From contig NW_003314309.1 in assembly GCF_000143415.4 (NCBI RefSeq), forward strand, positions 359,474-423,473: a stretch of 64,000 nucleotides of DNA, in the 5' to 3' direction. Shown here piece by piece: positions 1 through 18,600 of this stretch; position 1 is the first letter of the stretch; each line of letters opens with the position of its first letter. A program made the translations under genes and the position numbers. The stretch is from Selaginella moellendorffii (taxonomy: Eukaryota; Plantae; Lycopodiophyta). The notes beneath the pieces were generated by a model. It ran no database searches. It had not been told where the DNA came from and saw only the letters and a list, made by a program, of their open reading frames with translations.

Positions 1-35
1 GAAGGCACTTATATAATATTTCGGTTTCTATGCAG

Positions 36-696
36 GCAAGTGTTGCAGGAACAATTTTCGGTGTAGCAGCATCAGTTGCTGCAACAATTGCAGTAGCCAA
101 GTCAGCAATGCACAAGCGACCAGAGAGGTGCATGTTTGCAGGGCTTCCAGCTGCCATTGTCACAGTTGCTATGTATGCATCTCCTCTCACTGTCATGGTA
201 AGAAGATTTCTTTATTTCTTTCCTCACTGATCAAGAATTCTTTGTAACAGAGGCTGGTAATCAAGACCAAGAGTGTGGAGTACATGCCATTCTTGCTCTC
301 CTTCTCAATCTTTGTCAATTCGGTTGCCTGGACAATCTATGGTGTTTTACAGCTTGACTACTTCATACTGGTAAACTTTCCTCTCCTCATTCTATGTGTT
401 TTCTGTTTTTCCTGATAATATTTTTCTTCTTCTTCTCCATCCAGATTTCAGAAGGACTGGGTGCCATCCTTGGTACTAGTCAGCTTGTTCTATATGCTCT
501 GTATAGACCAAGAAAGGACACCAGCAAAGAAGAGATTAAACTTCGGGAATTACGAGATGATCCCAAGAAAGCAGCACATATTACATTTCAGGAATTACAA
601 GACGATGCCAAGAAAGTAGCACATATTACACTGGATGTTGACAAACTGCAAGGCCTGAACAAGAACACAGAAGAGGTCTCTCAATGCAAAAATTGA
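36..696 (+). CDS. SWEET: SWEET/MtN3 sugar transporter, 3' part (5' exons lie outside the window)
   Basis: Exons 36-197, 251-370 and 445-696 with GT-AG borders. They give MYASPLTVM|RLVIKTKSVEYMPFLLS...WTIYG...|ISEGLGAILGTSQLVLYALY, the canonical second MtN3 repeat. Confidence 0.93.
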
Positions 697-746
697 GGCT
701 CCAAATTATATCTCCCAGCAAAAGAATATGGTCCTTTTATACTTTC

Positions 747-2827
747 TCACTTCTTTGCCTTGCCACAAAGCAAGACGTTTTGAGGAATTGGCTCGTTGAT
801 TCCATTGGGATCTTCCGGATTGACCACCCGCATGTAAAACTCTTGTCCAAGGTACTGCCTTATAACATTTTGAGACCGCACATTCCACATCCCAACGTTG
901 TCCAGCTCCAGCATAATGGCAGTCCACGACTTGGCATACACCTTCAAATCATAGATTAAAACATCTTAGCTTGCGAATTAATAGACTAACAGCTTACTTG
1001 AACTGTGGATCTGGCAACCGCATCCACAAGATTGTAAGTTAGCCTGCTTGAAGTTGTCCAGTCCCCTGGTCCCATACTGAGAAAACATAGTCCAGCAATT
1101 AATACAAATACCGAAGTAACAAAAAGATAAAAACGATGAAAACACTTACCCAACCACAAAAAAAGCATAGCCATCGATATGCCAGGACTGTACTGGATTC
1201 TCGTTGTTCTGGAATATGATCTCCATGAACGACCTGTACGTGCCAGATAGCACCGACGCACCATTATAGGGACTCCGCCCGTCGGGATACTCGGGGATCG
1301 AGTTGGGAGAAAAGACTCCTCCGATCTTATAGAAATCTGCCAGCTTCAATGGTGTTCCTGGATGCATGTAGGAGATGCCATTCACAGCAAAGCGCTGTTT
1401 TCCATTGATGGCCGGGGCCGAGTTTGCGAGCTTTACTGTTTTGGAGATGTTGATAAGTCCATAGTGGAAAGACCCCTGTGGATTTGGCCTCGCGGCGCCA
1501 GCGGTCAGATTCCACCTGCAAAATGGAAGTGAGGCATGGGAAATGCAGCTTCATTTTTTATACCAGGATTACTTACTTGATGGTACGTGCTTGATTAAAC
1601 GAGAAGTTTATATCACCCACAGCAGGCCCCGCTGGAAAGGGACCAGAGACACGCGAGAAAGAGTTTGTGTAGTGAAGAACTGCAACACCCGTGATCTCTG
1701 GGAGACTGAACCTGGAAGTTGCCATAATATAAAAGTCTTTGGGACTCTGATCAGTGGTGATGAGAACCGAGTAGGACTGGCCAACGTGAACGTCAAGTGA
1801 GTCGTAGAGTGCTTGAGCCGTGTAGGATCCCTCCGTCTCCACCAGCTTCATTTTGTGGCCTTGAATTCTAAAGTTGAGCGAGGAAACGCTCCCCACGTTG
1901 GAGATTCTAAGCCTGTAAGTTTTGCCTGCACCATTCTAGCAGTGTTAGTCTATCTGTTAGCTTATAAACGATAAAGCTTTGTGTACCTGGTTGTACTGTC
2001 AAGGTTGTTCCATAAGGACCACGTCCATTGATAAGCACGCCATCCCCCTTCCCAATCATCTCCCCTCGATCCAACGCAGCTCTTAATTGCTGGAAGAACG
2101 AAACATGTTTAACATAAAGGAGAAACACAAAAAAGCTACGAACTTACTGTGTGATTAAACTTGTACCAGTCGCCGATAAGAACTGTTAGCTCCGCAAAAG
2201 GAGGAGCAAATGGAACAGGAATCACTGCTCGGTTGTGGATGCGAATCCCTCCGTAGCCACCAGCCGCTCGTTGAAGAAGCAAGGATGGAAAGTAGGAAAA
2301 CGTTCCAATCTGGTCCTTGGCTTGGAACTGGTAAGTCCAATTCTGTCCGGGCATTATTGGGCAGTTCGTTCCAAGCGTTCCATCTTGCCATGAATCTCGC
2401 CGCAGTTGCAATCCATTCCTAGAAGAAGAAAGCAAAAGAAATTCATCAACAAAGTGCCACAACAGGGCATTTGCTGCAAAGATGCGTTTGAGATGTTCCT
2501 ACCAGGTAAGAAGCAGAGGCTCGTCCAAACTGTTGCGCAGATTGATAACGACGTTGTTGTTCGTTGTGGTCTCAAGCTCGGGACCCGGAAACTGCCCGTT
2601 TATCGCGATTACCTGGACGATCCCCAAGAACATCACAAAAAAGAAGACGATAATCTCATTGCCTGCAAAGATCTCGAAACACTTACCCGCTGGTTCACTC
2701 CCAGAGGCGATGTGCTGACGAAAGAAACATTCCAGTCGTGGAACTGGTACGGATCTCCCGCTCTGGCGACTAGTACCAAGGCGCATGCGACCAATGCAGC
2801 ATTGAGGAGCAATGCCGGTCGCGCCAT
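747..2827 (-). CDS. SKS: SKU5-similar (SKS) monocopper-oxidase-like protein, multi-exon
   Basis: Signal peptide MARPALLLNAALVACALVLVARA. Motifs INGQFPGP, SWQDGTLGTNCPI, KDQIGTFSYFPS, LNFRIQGHKMKLVETEGS, QSWHIDGY and LDNVGMWNVRSQN (laccase HCH absent). Ends LLCGKAKK* with no GPI tail. Confidence 0.93.
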
Positions 2828-3551
2828 AGCTGGAAATCGCCCCCACAAGCCGCGATCGATCGAAATATCAGCAAAGAATCGAAGAATCGATGGATTTCGG
2901 CGCAAGAAGGACGAATCTAGCTAGAGCCGGGGTGGAGAGGCCATGGCCGCGAGCAAGAGGCGTCGTCGAGAGGGAGGAGGCTGGAGCAATGGAGAGAACC
3001 CTGAGAGCGACGGCGTTAACGAGAAATGAATATGCCACCGATTTGAGGCATGGATACCTTTTTCCTCGCGGTGGGCACGAGGAAAAAGCTCTGGATGCCC
3101 AGCCGCGATTAATCATTACTAATGGGGATTATCGGACTAAGAGGAAAGAGACCAGCCTCCATTCATGTGAATGGCGGGACAAAAAAGCTGACCTGGCGTG
3201 CTAGCTGTCCTAGTCAGCTTTAGTAGTCAACGGCCCCGATCTCCCCTGATCGCACGGCGCGCCGCAAATGCCAAAGCATATTCGTTTTCCCGCCGTTTGG
3301 AGGCCAGCACAGCTGGAAAAGGACCCCCGCCCCCGAAAAGAATGTTTCTTGGTTCTTTCCTTCACCGCGTCACGATAATGAGATCGGCGATCATGCTTTT
3401 TAACTCAAACTAATCCTGGCTTCCAACTGTTAGAGAATCTACAAAACAATAAGCAAAAACATACCTCGCGTCGTAAGTTGCCGAGAGAACATCGTGTGAT
3501 CTCGCAAGTTTGTCAGTTGAGTTGCTTGAGATCTCGCAACCCAAGGTTAAG

Positions 3552-7817
<4,266 letters not shown>

Positions 7818-8385
7818 TCCAGTCAGCAATTCCTCGGGATTTCTTCGGCATTTACCTCCTATTCATGAGTTCGTAGCATGTTGAAGCTCAAGCCGAGGAA
7901 AATCACTGCCCTGAAAACCCTAGCTGATCTCAGCCCAAATCTTACTCCATAGAAGCTGCACTGCTCACCCCTTGATTTCGAGCGGCTGCTACATTCGATC
8001 CGCGCAGTCTCTCAGCCCAGCGCCTTCCTCCCGACGAGCAATGCAGCTGAAACCCAGGGCTTCCCAAAAATGGAGGGAAAAAAGTGCGAAGAGCCCTAAA
8101 TTTCAAAAGCCAGTAGTGGCGTACAAATTCTTAGTAAATTCTCCACCGTCCAAAGACTGAGCACTACGGATTATATAAACCTGTAAAGGAATAGATTCGA
8201 CGATCACGAGAGAGGGAGTTTATCTTGCTACCCAAGACAATATTCGTTTTGCTCGCAGGATTTCTTTCTTTAATTTTGGGCAAAGTGAGGGACTCCGCGC
8301 AAGAATAAATAAGTGGTGTTAAAGCCAAATGTTCTCGCGAAATTGAAAGAGCTAACGCTGCTCAGGAGGCTCGAAAATCATAGCA

Positions 8386-9655
8386 ATGGATCAAATATTA
8401 CACGCGAAATTCATCATTGGAATCATAGGTGAAGTTCTTGATCCAGAAATCCAGCCAGAGCTTTCTCTTTCTCCTCTCTGTCTCTCTCTCTGTTGCTCAA
8501 ATTCTTTTGTGCAATCAACCCATGTTTGATCGTCACTGGTGCGTGGCATTCTTCCAAAGTGATTGAATCTTTCCTCGATCATTCTTCTCCGCGATTTCAT
8601 CAGCAATCTCTTTGCTTGTAGTCGCAAAAAAGACGAGAAATCTCTCGCGGATTTCTTAACTAACGGAAGCTAACGCCTTCAAGTTGCCTTGTGGTGCCAG
8701 GAAATATTGCTACCATATCAACCAGCCTCGCTCCAATGTAAAAAACTCTAAAGAACTCTTCCTTTTTTCAAATCTCTGACAGATTCAAATATGTTTAGCC
8801 CAACTTTCTGGCGGATTTGCAAGCGAAGGTCCACGGACGATTTCTCGTTTCTTCCATACTTAATGTCATTTACATGCAATCTTTTGTGGGGATGGTACGC
8901 TCTCCCCTTCATCACCTCCAACAATTTCGAGCTTCTAACCATTTGCATCGCACAAGTCTCACTCCAAACAATCTATATCCTCCTCTACTTTACATTCACG
9001 GGCCGCTACCAAAAGGCAAGCCCTCTGGAAAGAGTTTTTCAATCTCAAACTTTTGGCAACTTTGTTTTCCAGATCAAGCTCTTTCTCTCGATGCTCTTCG
9101 TGGGCTTTATCTTCGCTGTTGATTCAGTGGCGTGCCTGAAAATACTTGGCAAGTCTAGAGGACAATTCTTTGCAGGAACAGCCGCCACGATCGCAGCGCT
9201 TCTCTGTTTTGCGTCACCACTTTCGATAATGGTATGTGCGTGTTAGTATTCCCTCCTCCACTTTCTAATATTCTTTGGACTATATACACTCTTTAACGCT
9301 TCGGTTTCTTTTCCCAGGGACTGGTCATCAAAACCAAGAGTGTAGAGTATATGCCACTTCTGGTCTCCCTTGCGCTCTTATTCAATTGCGTCACTTGGAC
9401 GGTTTACGCCCTTTTGGGGAAAGACGTGTTTCTCACGGTAATCCACACTTGTTTGATGTTTATCTACTGAGTTTTGGTTGCCAGATTGCCGAAGCCATGG
9501 GAACTGCATTGGCTGTCGGACAGCTGATTTTGTATGCTTGCTACTGCCGTGTCAAAAAGCCACCGGTCCATGTGGAAGAGTCACTTTTTGAGTCGTCTAA
9601 GGATCACTCCAAAGTGGAGATTGCTGTCATAGTTGCACAGCCATCCGAGGATTAG
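8386..9655 (+). CDS. SWEET: SWEET/MtN3 sugar transporter, complete, 6 exons
   Basis: Exon 1 8386-8428 (MDQILHAKFIIGIIG), exon 2 8701-8747, then PTFWRICKRRSTDDFSFLPY, FASPLSIM, LVIKTKSVEYMP and LAVGQLILYACY. Stop at 9655. Typical SWEET six-exon layout. Confidence 0.92.
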
Positions 9656-9941
9656 GAAGAGATTAGAACCATTCAATTGATCCGGCTCCTAAACCAAGCT
9701 CACAACGCTTGAACAACCTCGAAGACAAATAAAAAATTCTCAATGTGTTTATGGAATAAAGAATTTAAGCATTTTTGTTGCTAAACTTGAACGAAGAAAA
9801 AGTTAGGGCTATCTAAACAATTCGTTATCCACGTGGACAACAGCGGTTTGTGAGTTTAAGGTTCTTGGCATCCACGAATCTTGGAAGTTTCAGTAAACCA
9901 CACTTTCACTTGTGCTGTTTGCTCATAGCTTGTTCGCAGCC

Positions 9942-11370
<1,429 letters not shown>

Positions 11371-11461
11371 TAGAAAACAAGTTTTTCCTATATAATGTAT
11401 TTTACCTTTAAACTCCTCAGGCATTTCTAATAGTTAGTCCATTTTCGCTGCTACCAGGGGA

Positions 11462-12550
11462 ATGGGCGCACCAATCTTTGCCGCCGCGATTTCTATCGCC
11501 TTGTTCGCGGCTCCTGGCAGGATTGAAGAGCTACGATGTCACAAATGCAGAATGCCGCTGAAATCCACCTCCGCCTCAAGGTGTGGAGCTTCATTGTGGC
11601 GTGGGAGGCGAGTAGCGTTTGACAATCAGATTCGTGCATTAGATCGCAAGCGATCACTCTTAAAGTTATTTCCTCGCAGGTAATATCTTTTTTTCTTTTC
11701 TTCCACGGGCGTACGTTTTTCTCTCTTTCCTTTTTTTGTGATAATCAGCGGCATTCACATGCACGCGGCTACTAACAGTACGTTCTCTCCGTAGGGATTT
11801 TCAAGCAATCGTTCAACGCTCTAGATTTTTAACAGAGAATTTGAGGCGTTGGTCTTCCATCGTCAAGATACTAAATCTCTTGATTTTAAAGTTGGCTCCA
11901 GGTGAGCTTTTGAAACCAGCGCATATCTCAACAATCCCTTGGAGAAAAGGAACGAGACAAGTACAATGTTGACAAGAACATACAGAAAACTAGCTCTGAT
12001 CGGTGCTTTCAGCTGGTTTTACTTGGATGAATCGGACCAACGAGCTCGTACGTAACCCGTGACAACTTGCTTCGCATTTCATGGAAGATTGTTGGTTTGA
12101 CAAACAGCTAGAAGAAGAAGGTACTGAGGCTACCTTTGCTCGTTTCTATTTCTTTCCCTTTCCGTTCCTTAGAGCTAGGAAACTTGACTGATCAAACCAT
12201 TTAAAACCAGGTGGGAGGAGGAGGCTTCTTGGTGATTCTAGCTCACCTTTCAACCATAGCACCTGTGATGGAGCAGTGCATTGGGTATGTAGTGGTTCCA
12301 AGTTTTTCTTATTTGCTTGTTTCAGTTTGGTAGAAACCCGGATTGCTTAGCGAGCACAAGATCATTGCTCAGAAACGGCTCCAGAAAGCAATAGAGCTAG
12401 GTCGAGTGAATTATAAGCAAACTTTCGTTGATTTCTCCCAACTTAAAGTAGCTCTCACCAATGGAAATGGAAGGAACACGTGGTTTTAGCTCCTCAACGG
12501 GCACGAAAGACGGTCCTGGAGCTTTTGATTTTATACAAGGGTATACCCAG
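11462..12550 (+). CDS. Putative multi-exon gene of unknown product, apparently interrupted by the downstream repeat block
   Basis: ATG at 11462 gives an R/S/A-rich transit-peptide-like ORF ending at a CAG|GTAAT donor. Several later exon-like blocks have GT/AG borders, and the last donor is at about 12551, just before composition turns AT-rich. No family recognised. Confidence 0.35.
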
Positions 12551-13178
12551 GTAACACGTTAAAAGCTTTTCCATAGTTCTCAGTCTTTCACACTTGAGGC
12601 AAGGGAAATGCATTTTGGCGAATTAGAGCAGCCCTGAAAATACCAAAGAAAGCATAAGTTGACAAAGCCATTTGAAGCACAGGAGGCAATCTAACTTTAG
12701 TAACAATATTTAGAACATTATTTAGAAAAGGGATTTCATGTTCAATCACACTCAAGACCACAAAAGGAAGAGTCTCATAACAATTGTTATATAGAAGGGT
12801 AAAATGTTGGTAAGCATGGGAGCCAAGTGTGGGTAGTAATAACATTTTTCTAGCTATTCCCATACTCTAAGTTGAACTCTTATGTATTATTAGTGTTATA
12901 ATAAAAACTCATTCCCTGATTCTTGATAGTTTAGATTGTCAATCTAAAAAATGAGACTTTAGAATTACAATAGTGTTAGAACCACTTGTGTTATAATTAT
13001 ATAGAATAACTAGAATACTGTCATTCTTAAAAATGTAAGATTTTACACTTTACTCATAATGAACTAAACTTTCAAAGAAACTAAGACATTATATGTACAA
13101 TAACTCTTATGGTGTCCTTAGAACAAAGTATGCTAACTATAATCAATATCATTTAACCATATATTCATTAATTTTGGT

Positions 13179-13289
13179 GAATTCACAATCTCAAAATAAG
13201 ATTCTATTTTAGAATATTCTTAAGAATGAGATTAAATTTAATTCTTAAGAATATTATAAAATAAAATCTGATTTTGAGAATGTGGATCT
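13179..13289. repeat. ~48-bp imperfect inverted repeat (hairpin) with a ~13-nt loop
   Basis: Left arm gaattcacaatctcaaaataagattctattttagaatattcttaagaat versus reverse complement of the right arm gatccacattctcaaaatcagattttattttataatattcttaagaat. Confidence 0.8.
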
Positions 13290-14739
13290 TATTTTGAGAT
13301 AAGTTACATTTTTGTTTTTGGTTTTAAATTTTTAGCTGTATACCTTTCTTCACCAACTCAAAAAACCATTTTCTTATATTTTATGGTAATGAAAACTGTA
13401 ACTATGAGTAGTGTTTTTTATAAATGTTTTTAAGTCTTGTAAAATCTTAATTTTTTTTATATGGTATTTTTGTGTAAAGATGTTTTATATCCTGAAAAAT
13501 AGATGGATTTGCAGATATATATATGATATACCATTTATCACTTTTTTCATATATACTCTTTTGAAAACTATATTTTAATTTTTCACATAAAAAATCTTTT
13601 GCATCTTTATCCACAATTAACATTCACATCATGTAATTTTGAAGTTGTTTGAAGATTTTATCTTCTTTAGAAAGTTCAAATGGTGATAAACATAAAGAAT
13701 GAATTATTTTGTTCGTACCTCCTTGATATAAAGTATTATTTATTTATTATATCTCTATATTAGGCATTTTTATATTTTATCCTCCATTTGAATTAAATAA
13801 GTTTTATCTTCAATAAAAATCTCCTTTGTATTGTTCTACGTTTCAACCTTTTCTTTATTTTTCAACTTGAGGAACATCATGTCCTTCAACTTGGGATACA
13901 ACACCTTCTTCATTTTAATATATCATTGTGAATAAGTTTGAATATTTTTATGCATAAGTAAAATAATTTAGTAATGGTAATAACTATTGTTTAGAAGTGA
14001 AAGACCAAACTCTAAGTTGTAAAAAATCTTTTTTAAATAATCCAAGATATTTTAGAAATAAGATAGTATATAGCCTTATAGCAAAATATTGATTATAATG
14101 TTTAATTATCATATTATTATTTTGCACTCCAACTTCAACTTCATTGATCTTTGATACTAATAATCCATTAATTTCAAGTAATGTAAGCCATATTTTCTCT
14201 TTAGAATTAGCATTAAAAATTAATGGCTGTTGATATTAAAGTTTTCTAATATCCTTATCAGGAGTCTCCAAAATAATATCAATATTATTTGTACCTGTAT
14301 TTGTAACTATAAATTAAAATATATATAGAAAAAATATTATACTTACTTTGTAAAGGAGATTGTGGAGGTGTAATAAAATTATAATGTTTGATTCTGAAAT
14401 ATTCATGTTTTACAAGACCTTACATAAAAAATCTTAAAATATTTTTCATCTCATAATTTATATATCTTTCTTTAAATTTTGTGATTTATACTAATTTCAT
14501 AAAACAAGAGAATAATGGTTAAAGAATTCATTTGTAACTTAGACATAAACATAAAGAATGATTTACTAAAAAATAATTTTTACCCTCAAAAGTTGATTCT
14601 AATTAGTGAAACAGCTAACCAAAATTATCTTCATTCTCTGTTTCTTTAAGAACTTCAAAATTTATATTGTTTATAATTAGAGAATCTGTTATAAAATATT
14701 TATAAATATATATGTAAATAATAATGTTTTAATTTTAAT

Positions 14740-15610
14740 TACATATGTATGTTTATTTTTCTCCTTTCTTATTATCATCCTTTAAAGTATTATTTGTAAC
14801 ACCTAAAATATAGGTAAATAATAATATTACATAAAACCTTATAAATAAATTACTTACTTTTTTCTTTGTTTTTATCATACAAGATTGTATTATTTGAAGT
14901 GGTATATTTATCACCTTAAAATTATAAGTAATAACAAAATTATAGTTATTTATTAAAAATTACTCACTTACATTTTCATCTTCATTATGAGAAGTATCAT
15001 TTAAAGTATTATACTCATCATCTGGAAACTAATAAATGATGATGTTATAAATTTTTATATAAATATATTACTTACTTCTTTCTTAACCATCATTAAATAT
15101 TTAATCTTTTGAAGTGTTATGCTTATCACATAAAATTTATTAACAATAAACTTATTATATAGTTATTTATTTTATAAATCTCTCATAATGATTATAACAA
15201 GCACTTACCTTTATCATGTACTCTCTTTTATCATTTTTCAGATACTTTATATATTGAAGAGGTAGGCTCATGATAATCTATACCTAAAGTCTTTCATAAA
15301 ACTCCCATAATAATTATAAGAAGCACATACCTTGATCATGTACTCTCTTTTGTCATTTTTCAAATACCTTATTTGCTAAAGAGGTCATGATGATCTGTAC
15401 TTAAAATATTTTATAAACCTCTCATAATAATTATAAGAAGTGCTTATGTTTATCATATGCCCTCTTTTTTGTTTTTTAAATACCTCATTTGCTATATAGG
15501 TAAGCTTGTGATCTGTACTCAAAATATATTATAACCTTTCATAATAATTATAAAAGATACTTACTTTTATCATGCACCCTTTTTTGTTACTTTTCAAATA
15601 CCTCATCTAT
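14740..15610 (-). repeat. Tandem exon+intron unit repeats (four ~115-120 bp units at 15180-15610 plus looser units at 14740-15170)
   Basis: Recurrent unit ctcataatgattataacaagcacttacctttatcatgtactctctttt...; each unit contains the reverse complement of a GTAAGT-type donor. Confidence 0.75.
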
Positions 15611-18600
15611 TATATCTTGTGGCATTTTATGCTTCAAGCTTCCACTAAAAAGTTTTTTAGATTTTTTACTTCCCTTTTTTCTTTTCTCTTAGCCTTTTGT
15701 TTTGGTTCTCTTTAGCCTTAAAATTGCCACTTCAGAGCTTAGAGATGTCAGTCTTTGCTTGCCTATTGCCTTAGATGAAGTTGCTCACCCTTCCTCTAAT
15801 TTTTGCTTTTGTGGAACTATCTTTGAAAGGAGAGGACAAAGGTCAAATTTCTTAAGCATCTCAACCTTTTTTGCAAGTGTTCCTCCAGACTTTATATGAC
15901 CCTAATGCTTTAATAACTCAAGAGCATTCCAACTTGCAGAATTATATGGCACCCATACTCCAAGACACAAGCCTCTTTAGGAACTTTTTGAATTATATAC
16001 TGAGCAACTCCTAATTGCAAGGTTCCACTAAAATGCCATATTCCTTTCCAATAATTTAGAATGCTAAAATTCTTTTTTCCAAAAATAAGATCCTCATCTT
16101 CTGGTGTCAAGTTGTCATGGATGTCTTATTTGGTATGAAAACTAACCACCTGCATCTTCCTTATCAAAAAAACATTTGATGTTGAATTTATCTTTAACCC
16201 TAGCCTTTTGAAGGAAGTTGAATACCAACAATGTTTGTTTGTGTCCATAGAAAATCAAAATCTTGCAACTATAATTCTTGTTTCTGACAACTCCAAAAAG
16301 ACATTTTAATTATTCTTTCACCTTTAAATCTGCCAATTCTTGATCTCCTCTTAAATCCATAACTAGTAATTTAATTATGTTATCTTTTTGTGCTAACCAT
16401 ATAGGCCAAGCATTCTGATCACTATCTATGTTGAAAACTCTATATGGATTAGCCTTACTTTGAAGTGCTAAAAAAACTCAAGCTAGAAAGGGTGGTTTTT
16501 TTCTAGCTTGATTCATAAGAGCTTTTATATAAACCTTATCATCTAAAATCAAAGATCAAAATCCTCATTTGAAATATTCATATTCTACATAAAGGATTCT
16601 TTGCTAGTGTTTGTGGTTATACCCTTCAGCTACTTTATAACACAAAACTTGATCATCTCACTGGTCAAATTCATCCATTCCCAAAGTTTTGACCCCAACT
16701 TAAAACCTTTGTTTGATCTTTACTTACCACTTTTTTGATTGAACATTTGTCCATGAGAATCTCTTGGCCTAAGAGATTACAAACATCTTTAAAAAGATTC
16801 ATTGTCCAAGAAATAATTTGCTGCATCTTCTTTGTTATCTTAAGAGAAAGTGTATCTTCTTCTCCCTTATGAACAACTTTGATCCAAGTATTGAAAATTT
16901 CTTTTGAGCTTCTCAAGAGGCAGTGGATGTTTATAGAGTCAGTAACCCCAAATATCATGTTAACCACATTTTCAAAGTTCTATAATAAATTATAAAATTA
17001 GTATAATAATATGTTTATACCTTCTATTCTCCACAATGAGCTTCTCTTATAGATTTTTCTTAGCATTCACCCATGCCTTTGTGGTAGGGTCTCTACTAGT
17101 TTTCTAGTATAACTGTATAGTAGTGGACATACCTATTTGAATATTTTGGGATATTCTACCATCTAATGGTTTTTTTAGATTAATATTTTTGAAAGGTGGG
17201 ATATTCAATATTTAGTGTTAATTATCAACAAGAAAACATTATTCATGCATTTATAATTTATAAATATGTTTATAATTCATAAAAGTTTCTAAAAACCTCC
17301 TAGTACATCTGAGTTATCCAGCTAATGGTTGATATTCTATAAGATTAATCTTGTGTTCATAAATTATAATTAATTTTAGAAATATAAACTTCTAATTAAT
17401 CAACTGAAATACTAAACACTACTAGTTCTTTTGGTTTGCATGAGCAAACCTAGTGGGACTGGGGTGGAAATAGATATATCTTAAATATACTAGAATATTC
17501 TTTCTTAGACTGTCAGCATTCATTTATATTAATATTTTTTAAAAAACTTATAAACATATTTATAATTTATAAACATAAGATTAAGTTTAAAGTTTCCCAA
17601 TTAAAGGAATTGCTGAAACTCTAAGAAAAATAAATTTAAACCAATGCTAGAAAATATATGATAAAGAATCATTATTGTATTTCATAATGATACAAGTTTA
17701 ATAAAATTCATTATGGTCTTTTTTTAATTACAGTTATTTTTACTGTATTAAATAAATTTATCTTGCCAATATCTTTAATTTTTATTACACTTTTTGTCAC
17801 AATATTAATACCAGTATTTGAAGCCCAAATTTGATTATGCATGTTATTATAAATAACAAATTTTTTATTTGTTTCTAAAATACAAAAGCAATTAAAACAT
17901 TTACCTTCTGTTTTACTTTCCCAAATTTTGAACCTTAAAAAATTAAAATACCAAATTACAACTTCTTTTCATGGTTAATTTAAAATTTTCATTTGGAGAA
18001 ACAATAGAATTTTCTGAAAGAAGATAAGATCCTATATCATTTAAACTTCCACTTACCAGAGATGGTCTATAAAATCCAACAGTCATTTTCATTTGTCTTT
18101 CTCTAGTATATTTAACAATATTTTAAAAGTTTCACCATAAATTATGATTTCAGGTCCTTTAAAACAACAAGTTTTACCTCTTGTATGAGCATAAATAGAT
18201 ACTGTCAATTGTATTTGAGGCACTGAAGCTCCTCCAAAGCATTCAATAGGGAAAGTTCTTGTACTTTAAAATGAACCATTTGTCTATAAAACAGTTAATT
18301 CTTTCACTAATAACACTTATATCACCATCAATAAGACTATTATACAATGATTTTACTGTTATTAAAAATAAGGTGAGAAAAATAGAAGATTAATAACTCT
18401 TATATTTAGTTTTGTAAATATAAAATAAAGTAAAAAATTTATAGTAAAAATTAATTAAATTTTTTTTTATCTTTATTTTTATATTTTATAAAATTAGAAT
18501 TTTTAGCTAATAGATATAAAATACATACATATACACACATGTATAGCCAAAACTATATTTGGGATATTAGTCAGTTGTCACTTAGCATTATATAGGCTCA

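Larger units (their letters stand above)
12560..18540 (-). mobile_element. AT-rich, CpG-depleted degenerate transposon-like region carrying a decayed multi-exon gene on the minus strand
   Basis: Near-total loss of CpG; repeated minus-strand donors (plus-strand CTTACC/CTTAC); stop-interrupted coding-like segments at about 15900-17160 and 17640-18350. Confidence 0.55.
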
